The translations under genes were made by a program, and so were the position numbers. A DNA stretch of 40,257 nucleotides from Candidatus Anstonellaceae archaeon (GTDB lineage Archaea; Micrarchaeota; Micrarchaeia; Anstonellales; Anstonellaceae), in NCBI GenBank assembly GCA_038824715.1, contig JAWBPP010000002.1, forward strand, positions 1-40,257, written 5' to 3'. Positions 15,911-22,996 of the stretch are shown here, in pieces. How positions within the stretch are numbered: the first letter of the stretch is position 1; every line of letters begins with the position of its first letter. The notes below the pieces were generated by a model. It was not told the DNA's origin and did not search any database. It worked only from the letters and a program-made list of their open reading frames with translations.

Positions 15911-16345
15911 TCAGCTCGGCTTCTTCCTTACCAAGACCAGCGTGTCGCCCCATCTCCTTTCGAAAAATCCGAAATTCAGGTAGAGCTTTGCCGCGTGGTT
16001 GAGCGCCCGAACTTTCAATATCGTTGTCTGCACGCCTTTCTTGTCAATCCTGTAAAGCGCCTCTGCCATCAGCTGCGAGCCCACGCCGTGCTCTCGGTAG
16101 TGCGCAAGCACGCCCAAGCCAGCAATGTATGCCTTCTTCTCCTTCCAGTGGATTCGGTAGTGGCAAAAGCCGACCAAGATTCCGTTCTTTTCCGCGACAA
16201 GGTAAACGTCTCCTGGGAGAGAGCGCATTTGCGAATTGGGAAAAAGAAGGGCGGCCATTTCATGCACTGCTGCCATGTCAGATGATTTTGCCTTGCGAAC
16301 GGATAGGCTTGGCGGAAATGGAGGATGCAGAGTCTCTTCTGCCAT
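15911..16345 (-). CDS. GNAT family N-acetyltransferase
   Basis: The 144-aa product has the acetyl-CoA motif HYREHGVGSQLMAEAL (R/Q-x-x-G-x-G/A). Confidence 0.8.
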   Translation of the reverse strand: MAEETLHPPFPPSLSVRKAKSSDMAAVHEMAALLFPNSQMRSLPGDVYLVAEKNGILVGFCHYRIHWKEKKAYIAGLGVLAHYREHGVGSQLMAEALYRIDKKGVQTTILKVRALNHAAKLYLNFGFFERRWGDTLVLVRKKPS

Positions 16346-16354
16346 TGCAATACC

Positions 16355-16984
16355 CTAGAGGGAGATGAAGTCCACTTCTATCTTGTCCCCTATCTCTATT
16401 TCGGCTGCGCGCAGGTTCTGCGCTGCGCCAAGTTTCACGATGAGCGTTTCGCCAAGGATTTGCTGGCCTTCGTGCTCATGTATGTGCCCGCAAATGAGCA
16501 TGAGCGGCTTTTTCTGCTCGACAATTTTTCTGACAGCGCTGCTCCCTGCGTGCTTCCCTGCAACCATGTCGAAAAAGCCGAATGGGGGAGGGTGGCACAA
16601 CACTATGGAGAAATGGTCCACTCCTGCGGAATTGAGCACCATCTCTATTTGCTCCTCGGAAAATTCGTTTGGAGTGCGGTAGGGAGTGGGATTGCTTCCT
16701 CCAAAGCCCACGATATTCCAGTCGCCGAACGCTGCCTTCTTGCCATGCATCATGACGCCTTTGCGCCGAAGCGCTTCGGAAACATCAGGCGTGTCCATAT
16801 TGCCAGGAACTGCAAAGGAATTCGGAAAAAGGGAGATGACTTCTTCTGCGTATGAGGCCGGCCCTCTCGTCGTTATGTCTCCAACGAAAAAAACCGCATC
16901 GTATCCCTTGCTTGCAGCCCTTACCTTGAGCCTGTCAAGGACATCCTCCTCTGCATGAAGGTCTGAGAGAGCTAAAATGCGCAT
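16355..16984 (-). CDS. Metallophosphoesterase (MJ0936/YfcE-like)
   Basis: MRILALSDLHAEE, GDITTRG, GNMD, LCHPPP, GHIHEHEG. ATG 16984 is preceded by AAGGTGG and is preferred over the track's TTG 17005. Confidence 0.85.
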   Translation of the reverse strand: MRILALSDLHAEEDVLDRLKVRAASKGYDAVFFVGDITTRGPASYAEEVISLFPNSFAVPGNMDTPDVSEALRRKGVMMHGKKAAFGDWNIVGFGGSNPTPYRTPNEFSEEQIEMVLNSAGVDHFSIVLCHPPPFGFFDMVAGKHAGSSAVRKIVEQKKPLMLICGHIHEHEGQQILGETLIVKLGAAQNLRAAEIEIGDKIEVDFISL

Positions 16985-17025
16985 GAGAACCACCTTTGCT
17001 TGCAAATCGCTTCGTAAACGGCACG

Positions 17026-17160
17026 AGAAGGCGTTGCGATTGCGCCCTCTTGCAGCGGAATTTTTGCCATTGTTGCTTGTGTTCGCTCCCCTTATTGCTT
17101 TGGCACGTTTGCCATCGCCGTTTGCGTTCGCTTCCTTTATTTCTTAGGAGTCTTTGCCAT
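17026..17160 (-). repeat. Degenerate 45-nt tandem repeat (about 2.5 units) spanning the nop5 stop codon
   Basis: ATGGCAAA recurs on the minus strand at exactly 45-nt spacing (17160, 17115, 17070). Units 1 and 2 are 32/45 identical and each contains TAA followed by a purine-rich block. Unit 3 matches mainly in its first ~26 nt. Confidence 0.6.
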
Positions 17161-17937
17161 TATCCGCTGCACTTGCGCCTCGAACTTTGCCTTCAGCTTC
17201 TCTGCTATGAAATTGTGCGAGATTGCATCAGCCTTGGAGGCTATGGCAAGCTGCGCGGCAAGCGTGCGGGCAATTTTTCCGCGCACATGGCGGGGGGACT
17301 TGCCCACAAGCGCATGCTGGAAAATCAAGCCGTGCTTGGGCGGGCGGCTGCCTGACTTCAAATGCTTGAAGAGCGCCTTTTCCGCTCCGAGAACCTGAAT
17401 AGTGCTTGCGGGAAATGAGGCGATGCGCTGCAAGCCGCCTGCCTGCGCCACCAATTTTGCTGCCAATTCAGGCCCTGCGATGTAAGATAGATTGGGGCAA
17501 AGCTCGTTTGCTATTTTTGCCTCGTATTTCTCTATTTCGTCGCGCAATTTCCAGAGCGACTGTATCTGCGAGGCAAGCGAGCGCACCTGCTGCAAGTCTT
17601 CTGGGGATAGGTCGGTGCCCACTGAAACTTTCGCCCTGCCGGCTATGGTAGGCGCCTGCGGGCCGAGCGCAGCCTCAAGCGACTTTACATCGGGATTTTT
17701 CCGGTCAAGCAAAAGCACCGCGGAAACATACTTTGAATTGTCCTGAAGCTTGAGCTCGGGAAAGTGCATGCCATACCATTCGGTGAGCCGCTCAAAAAGC
17801 AGGTTGGATGACTTGTTCAGCTCATCCACTGCCGCAACTGACTGGATGAGCAGGTTGTCGCGCGAGCTTATTGCTACATGGATTTTCTTTTTCGCCTTCT
17901 TGAAAAACTCCTCTCGGGATTTTGAATCGAATGCCAT
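17137..17937 (-). CDS. nop5: Nop5 (Nop56/58-like) C/D box snoRNP protein, short form lacking the N-terminal domain
   Basis: NOSIC/Nop motifs LTEWYGMHFPEL, IAGPELAAKLVAQAGGLQRIASFPASTIQVLGAEKALFKHL, PPKHGLIFQH and RGKIARTLAAQLAIASKAD. ATG 17937 is preferred because the track's extension overlaps the divergent glyS region. Confidence 0.85.
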   Translation of the reverse strand: MAFDSKSREEFFKKAKKKIHVAISSRDNLLIQSVAAVDELNKSSNLLFERLTEWYGMHFPELKLQDNSKYVSAVLLLDRKNPDVKSLEAALGPQAPTIAGRAKVSVGTDLSPEDLQQVRSLASQIQSLWKLRDEIEKYEAKIANELCPNLSYIAGPELAAKLVAQAGGLQRIASFPASTIQVLGAEKALFKHLKSGSRPPKHGLIFQHALVGKSPRHVRGKIARTLAAQLAIASKADAISHNFIAEKLKAKFEAQVQRIMAKTPKK

Positions 17938-17971
17938 AACTATTGCCCCCCGAACTATTAACCTCAAAACG

Positions 17972-17977
17972 TTTATA
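17972..17977 (+). promoter_or_regulatory. TATA box for glyS (leaderless geometry)
   Basis: TTTATA is centred about 27 nt upstream of ATG 18002, with no SD motif. Confidence 0.35.
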
Positions 17978-18001
17978 GAGCTTCGCCAGAAGAATAACGC
18001 T

Positions 18002-19588
18002 ATGGCTGATGCGAAAAAACCTGACATGAAACTTGCAGACCGGCTGATGGACGTTGCCATCCGCCGCTCCTTTCTCATCCCTTCAAGCGAAATCTACGGC
18101 TCGCCTGCGGGCTTTTACGATTACGGGCCTGTTGGCGCTGCCATAAAGCGCAAGATTGAGAACCTCTGGCGGCTGGAATTTTTGCAGAAGGAGGGCTTCC
18201 ACGAGATAGAGACTTCGCTTATTGTGCCCGAGGCTGTGCTGAAAGCTTCAGGGCATGCCGAGAATTTTGCTGACCCTCTTGTTACGTGCTCGAATTGCAA
18301 GAACAAATTCAGGGCAGACCATTTGATTGAGGGGAATGAAAAGGCGAAAAAGGACGGCATCAAGGCAGCAGGACTGCCACCACAGAAGCTGACCGAATTA
18401 ATCCGGCAGTATGAAGTGGCGTGCCCTCAATGCAAGACAAAGCCGCCTGCTGGCGGCATGTCGCCCGATGCTTCGCATCCTGCGAAAACCACCCTTTCTG
18501 ACGTCGGCTGGTTCAATATGATGTTCCGCACGAACATTGGCCCGATTGAGGGGAACACCGCTTATTTCCGCCCGGAAACCGCTCAGGGGATTTTCCTTGA
18601 CTTTGCGCGCGTGGTGAGGAATTACGGAAGCAAGCTGCCCATCGGGATTGGGCAGGTGGGCAAAAGCGCAAGGAACGAGATTTCCCCAAGGCAGGGGCTT
18701 GTGCGGATGCGCGAGTTCACGCAGATGGAGCTGGAGTATTTCTTCAACCCGAAGGACCAAAGCTATCCTAAGTATCCGAAAGTGAAGCATGAGAAGCTGC
18801 GGTTCGCGGATGGGAAGGGGCACGCGCACGAGGAAGAAATTGGCAAGCTGGTGTCCTCTGGCGTGATTGCCAACGAAATAATGGCGTATTTCCTCTGGAA
18901 GGTGAAGCAGCTCTATCTTGCTGCCGGTGTGCCTGAGGGCAAATTTGCGTTCCGCAAGATGCCGAAAGAGGAGACGCCGCACTATTCGAAAGGCAACATA
19001 GATTTGGAAGTGGAAACCTCTTATGGAATGATTGAGACCGTGGGAGTTGCCTACAGGACGGATTATGATTTGTCATCGCACGCGAAACTGTCAGGCGCGG
19101 ACCTTGCCGTTTTTGTCGAGGAAGAGAAAGCGAAAATCGTGCCGCATGTTGTGGAGCCTTCGCTTGGCGTGGACAGGATGTTCTGGTGCGTGCTGGAGCA
19201 CTGCTTCAGGGAGAAAACGCCTGGAAAGGACTGGGAGTGGTTTGACTTCCCGCCTGCAATTGCGCCTTACCACGCGTGGATTTTCCCCTTGATGAAAAAG
19301 GACGGGCTGGATGAGAAGGCGAGGGAAATTGAGGAAGGGCTGCGCGAGGCTGGCTTGAGCGTCTATTACCAGGATTCGGGCAGCATCGGGAGGCGCTACG
19401 CAAGGGCAGATGAGATAGGCGTGCCTTACTGCATAACTGTTGATTACGAAACGCTTGAGAAAGGCGGCGACAAGCACGATACTGTTACTGTGCGCTTCCG
19501 AAACGACGGCAAGCAGATTCGGGTAAAGATTTCCGAGCTTGCAGAAAAAATAGCGAGATACGCGAAGGAAGGCAAAGTCAGCGGCTAG
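18002..19588 (+). CDS. glyS: Glycyl-tRNA synthetase (archaeal/eukaryotic-type class II)
   Basis: MADAKKPDMKLADRLMDVAIRRSFLIPSSEIYGSPAGFYDYGPVG..., FRPETAQGIF, REFTQMELEYF, and a C-terminal anticodon-binding module. The track's upstream extension was rejected. Confidence 0.9.
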   Translation: MADAKKPDMKLADRLMDVAIRRSFLIPSSEIYGSPAGFYDYGPVGAAIKRKIENLWRLEFLQKEGFHEIETSLIVPEAVLKASGHAENFADPLVTCSNCKNKFRADHLIEGNEKAKKDGIKAAGLPPQKLTELIRQYEVACPQCKTKPPAGGMSPDASHPAKTTLSDVGWFNMMFRTNIGPIEGNTAYFRPETAQGIFLDFARVVRNYGSKLPIGIGQVGKSARNEISPRQGLVRMREFTQMELEYFFNPKDQSYPKYPKVKHEKLRFADGKGHAHEEEIGKLVSSGVIANEIMAYFLWKVKQLYLAAGVPEGKFAFRKMPKEETPHYSKGNIDLEVETSYGMIETVGVAYRTDYDLSSHAKLSGADLAVFVEEEKAKIVPHVVEPSLGVDRMFWCVLEHCFREKTPGKDWEWFDFPPAIAPYHAWIFPLMKKDGLDEKAREIEEGLREAGLSVYYQDSGSIGRRYARADEIGVPYCITVDYETLEKGGDKHDTVTVRFRNDGKQIRVKISELAEKIARYAKEGKVSG

Positions 19589-19613
19589 CAGGCGAATTTT
19601 CTCTTCACCCCAG

Positions 19614-20981
19614 CTATTTATTCTTGCCTAGCCTTGCCTTTTTCTCAATCTTTGGGGGAAGCGTTCCGGTTGCCACCACATATTCCACCTTGCCGTCCTT
19701 CATCATCGGGGTCGCATCCAGAACCACCTTGTAGGTTTCCCCGTTCTTCTTCACAAGCTCCACTTCCAGCCCCTTGACTGTTTTGCCCCCGAGCACGCGG
19801 TTGAAAGCAGAGATGATATGTATGAGCGAGGTTTCCTTTACGAATTTGGAGAAGTGCTTGCCGGCAACCTCGGAAAGGGGGTAGCCTGCGAGCTTTTCGG
19901 CGAGCTTGTTGATGACTACGATTTTGCCTTTGGTGTCCACAACATAGGTGGCGACCGGCGACTGGGTTATGACATTCTGGAAGAAATCTTTATGCTCCAT
20001 CAGCTCTTTCTCGGCCTTTTTCGTTTCGGACAAATCCGCGAACAGCGGGCGGAGGTGCCTTGACACCGCGTAGGTCTGCAGGATGCCGATTGCCAGCATC
20101 ACCAGGGAGACCAGAATGGAGAGTTCCAGCAGCGTCCTTACCCTCTCGTCCTTCAGCTGTTCAGCCTCGGCTGCCTGATGGACCACTGCCACGGTGAAGT
20201 ATTGGCTGCGCCGAAAGCCGACAAGGTCGCCTTCGAGGTCAAGGATGCCTGAGGCTTCCCTGTTGCCGGCTATTGCCGAATAGGTGCGGTTGTTCGAATC
20301 GAGCGCTGTCTCCTCAAGCGGGATGCGGGTGTCGATGAGCGTTTTTCCGTCTTTGTCGAAAAGCAGCGTGTATCCTGCGCTGGAATTGCTGTGGATTTTG
20401 CGGAAGTATTCGTAGAGGAACTTGGTGTTCATCGCTGCAAAGGCAAAGCCCGCGTATTTGCCTTCAGTGTCCTTCACCTGCGCAGTGACACCGAACGTGG
20501 GGACGGCATAAAGCAGGCTGATGAAGCCGCCTGAAACATAAATGTCGCTTTTCCTGGAGCCTGCACAGTAGTCGCGGAACGAGAGGTTCCTGCCCACCAG
20601 CGCACGGGCGTTTGAGCTGGATGCAACCAATATGCAGCCAGAATTGTAAAGGCCAACGCCCTCGAATGAAGGCTGGAAGCGCAGCATGGAGTCAAGGTCT
20701 GAGGAGACTTGCCCGACACGATATGCGTCGGAGCTGTTCGCAACCGCCCTTGCAACTGAGCGCGAGATTGAAAGCTGCTGCAAGTTGGACATTGCCGTGG
20801 AAAGGTAAAACTGGGCCAGCTGGTCTGCCTGCAGCACCTCTCTTTCAGTCTGGTCTGCAAGCGCCTGGCGCACCAGGAAGTCTATCTGTGCGCCCCTGCC
20901 ATAGAAGAAGACCGCTCCCACCAGAAGCATGGTGACGATTGTGGCGAAGAGCATCAGTGTGCGCAGCTTCATTTTTATCAC
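19614..20981 (-). CDS. Membrane sensor protein: extracytoplasmic Cache-like domain plus cytoplasmic PAS domain, with no output domain
   Basis: An N-terminal TM helix is followed by a ~260-aa external region. Then come a second TM helix (LLELSILVSLVMLAIGILQ) and a PAS-like region (FFQNVITQSPVATYVVDTKGKIVVINKLAEKLAGYPLSEVAGKHF...). The protein ends about 25 aa after the PAS-like region. Confidence 0.6.
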   Translation of the reverse strand: MIKMKLRTLMLFATIVTMLLVGAVFFYGRGAQIDFLVRQALADQTEREVLQADQLAQFYLSTAMSNLQQLSISRSVARAVANSSDAYRVGQVSSDLDSMLRFQPSFEGVGLYNSGCILVASSSNARALVGRNLSFRDYCAGSRKSDIYVSGGFISLLYAVPTFGVTAQVKDTEGKYAGFAFAAMNTKFLYEYFRKIHSNSSAGYTLLFDKDGKTLIDTRIPLEETALDSNNRTYSAIAGNREASGILDLEGDLVGFRRSQYFTVAVVHQAAEAEQLKDERVRTLLELSILVSLVMLAIGILQTYAVSRHLRPLFADLSETKKAEKELMEHKDFFQNVITQSPVATYVVDTKGKIVVINKLAEKLAGYPLSEVAGKHFSKFVKETSLIHIISAFNRVLGGKTVKGLEVELVKKNGETYKVVLDATPMMKDGKVEYVVATGTLPPKIEKKARLGKNK

Positions 20982-21014
20982 TCAGGAGCATTTCCCGTTT
21001 GCGCAAGTTGGCAT

Positions 21015-21863
21015 TCAGATTTTCCCTATTTCTGCGTTCAGCTTTTTAATCTCCTCCAGTGCGGCTCCTGCGAAGTCTTCGGTTCCGGCTTTTTTATAGG
21101 CATACGCTATGCCGCTCGATGAATTTATCCTGTGCAGCGGAAAGGTTTCCTGCCAGATGCTGCGCAGGGTTTTCGCTGTTTCTGATGCCGAGCCGCCCTG
21201 CGAGCCCACGCCAGGGATTAGGAGGGGAAGCTGCTTTTTCGAGTCGTAGAAGAGCCACAACACCGCTTCCAGCTCCTCAAGCGCGGTTGCCCCCAAAACC
21301 GCGCCCATGCCAGGCACGTGCCACTTTGCCATCTTGTGCGCCACTTCCATGTAAAGCGGCTTCCGATTCTCGGTCAGCTGGGTCTGGAAATCCGCCGCGC
21401 CTGAGTTTGATGTCCTGCAGAGTATGTATGCCCCTCTCCCTGCCTTGCAGCGCTCAAGGAAAGGAGAGACGCTGTCAAAGCCCATGTAGGGGGAAACTGT
21501 GAGTGCGTCAGCGTTCCAGAAGTCGAACGCCTCCTTTGCGTATGCCTCTGATGATTTTCCAATGTCGCCCCGCTTTGCGTCAAGGATGATGGGCAGCTTG
21601 CCTTTGTACTTGTCTATGAGCGATTTGAGCGCCCGCAAGCCGTCGAAGCCGTATTGCGCGAAGTATGCATAGTTTGGCTTGAGTGCGCCGATGGATTTCG
21701 GCTGCTGCAGCGAAGCATCGATTATTTCGGAGAAGAACTGCACTATGCGCTCCTCTCTTCCAAGCGCGGAGTGCGGCATTTGCTGCAAGTCTGGGTCAAG
21801 GCCGAAGCACACGATGCTTTGCCTTTCCTTTGCTGAATCGGACAAGAGCTCCAAATACCCCAT
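21015..21863 (-). CDS. pyrF: Orotidine 5'-phosphate decarboxylase (type 2)
   Basis: VCFGLDPD, ILDAKRGDIGKSSEAYA and LLIPGVGSQGG. It is contiguous with pyrE. Confidence 0.85.
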   Translation of the reverse strand: MGYLELLSDSAKERQSIVCFGLDPDLQQMPHSALGREERIVQFFSEIIDASLQQPKSIGALKPNYAYFAQYGFDGLRALKSLIDKYKGKLPIILDAKRGDIGKSSEAYAKEAFDFWNADALTVSPYMGFDSVSPFLERCKAGRGAYILCRTSNSGAADFQTQLTENRKPLYMEVAHKMAKWHVPGMGAVLGATALEELEAVLWLFYDSKKQLPLLIPGVGSQGGSASETAKTLRSIWQETFPLHRINSSSGIAYAYKKAGTEDFAGAALEEIKKLNAEIGKI

Positions 21864-22535
21864 CTAAACACCGTATTGCTGCTTGTAATCTTTGTAAGCC
21901 GCAAGAATTTCCTTCGTGATTATTGTTTTCCCCCCAATCTGGTGGGTGGAAAGGTACTCGAATATTTCCGACGCAGTCACAACTGCATGCACTTTGGTGC
22001 CGTGCTTTTTTTCGAATGCGCCAATCGCGTTTTTCCCTTCGGCATCCTTTTCCTGCCTGTCAAGAAGGATGAACACGCCTGCAATTTTCACTTTTGCAAC
22101 CGAGGAAAGCTGCTCGATTGCCTCCTCTTTTGCGCCCCCGGTTGTGAATACGTCGTCGAGAAAGATGAGGCTCATCCCGTCCGTTATTGGCGCGCCCACA
22201 AACACGCCCGCCTCGCCGTGCCCCTTTGCCTCCTTCCTGTTGAAGCACCAGGGCAAATCAAAGCCCTTTTGCGCAAGCGCCATGGAAACCGACACGGCAA
22301 GCGGGATGCCCTTGTAGGCTGGGCCGAATATGGCGTCGTATCTGTCTGGCCTGAGCTTGTGGCTGATGAAATCTGCGAATATGCTCGCCAATGCCCTGGT
22401 GGTCACCCCTGTGTAGAAAACGCCCGAATTGAAGAAGTATGGCGACTTCCTGCCCGATTTGAGGGTGAATTCGCCGAATTTGAGCGCGCCTGCGAAAACC
22501 GCCAATTCGATGAAGTCGGACTGGTATTTTTCCAT
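21864..22535 (-). CDS. pyrE: Orotate phosphoribosyltransferase
   Basis: FKFGEFTLKSGRKSPYFFN and the PRPP motif LIFLDDVFTTGGAKEEA. Confidence 0.9.
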   Translation of the reverse strand: MEKYQSDFIELAVFAGALKFGEFTLKSGRKSPYFFNSGVFYTGVTTRALASIFADFISHKLRPDRYDAIFGPAYKGIPLAVSVSMALAQKGFDLPWCFNRKEAKGHGEAGVFVGAPITDGMSLIFLDDVFTTGGAKEEAIEQLSSVAKVKIAGVFILLDRQEKDAEGKNAIGAFEKKHGTKVHAVVTASEIFEYLSTHQIGGKTIITKEILAAYKDYKQQYGV

Positions 22536-22557
22536 CGGGAAGATTAGGCGGAAGGGT

Positions 22558-22564
22558 ATTTTAG
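22558..22564 (-). promoter_or_regulatory. TATA-like box for pyrE (leaderless geometry)
   Basis: The minus strand reads TAAAATA, centred about 26 nt upstream of ATG 22535. Confidence 0.3.
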
Positions 22565-22582
22565 GGCTTTCGCTGAGGGATG

Positions 22583-22608
22583 AAAAATAAAGAAGAAAAA
22601 GAAAAAAT
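22583..22608 (-). terminator. Oligo-T terminator region after the TRAM gene
   Basis: The minus strand reads TTTTTTCTTTTTCTTCTTTATTTTT, starting 9 nt after the TRAM stop. Confidence 0.4.
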
Positions 22609-22616
22609 TTGGAAAT

Positions 22617-22835
22617 TTAGACCTTCTCCGCAACTGCGCAGGATGCCTTGACCGCTGTTATGCGGATTTTGCACGCCTCGCCTTGTGCGGTTCCGGGAAC
22701 GAATATGACGAACCCGTCCTTCTTGGCGATTCCGTCGCCTTTCGCTGCGACTGCCTCGATTGTCACGTCCAGCTCGTCGCCGACCTTGACCGGCTTTGGC
22801 ATGTCGCCGTAGTTCCCTCTTCCACCGAATCCCAT
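22617..22835 (-). CDS. Small TRAM-domain protein
   Basis: The 72-aa product has PKPVKVGDELDVTIEAVAAKGDGIAKKDGFVIFVPGTAQGEACKIRITAV. An AAGGAG SD motif lies upstream. Confidence 0.85.
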   Translation of the reverse strand: MGFGGRGNYGDMPKPVKVGDELDVTIEAVAAKGDGIAKKDGFVIFVPGTAQGEACKIRITAVKASCAVAEKV

Positions 22836-22996
22836 TGCATCAGCTCCTTTCTTTCGTTATTTATTGCATTCACAGAGATACGCGTGCTTACAAGGAGAAT
22901 CCAGACCTTTCAGCCAGAAGCCTCAAGTAGAGCATGCATCCTCTGAAAATACATGGGAGGGGACGTGTTTATAAATGGATGGGCAGAGGGAGCGAG

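Noticed and set aside
17750-18078. N-terminal extensions of the glyS (from 17750) and nop5 (to 18078) track ORFs, which would make the two genes overlap by about 330 nt.
   Set aside because: The extensions are non-homologous (hydrophobic or Ser-rich). The conserved protein starts coincide with ATG 18002 and ATG 17937, and TATA boxes sit in the resulting 64-nt spacer.
21876-22547. 223-aa plus-strand ORF.
   Set aside because: It is an exact antisense shadow of pyrE, which has unambiguous PRPP-binding motifs on the minus strand.
22536-22616. Possible C/D box sRNA between the TRAM gene and pyrE (GATGA and CTGA strings).
   Set aside because: No proper C (RUGAUGA) and D (CUGA) pair with terminal stem was found on either strand. 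The region is better explained as an oligo-T terminator plus the pyrE TATA box.
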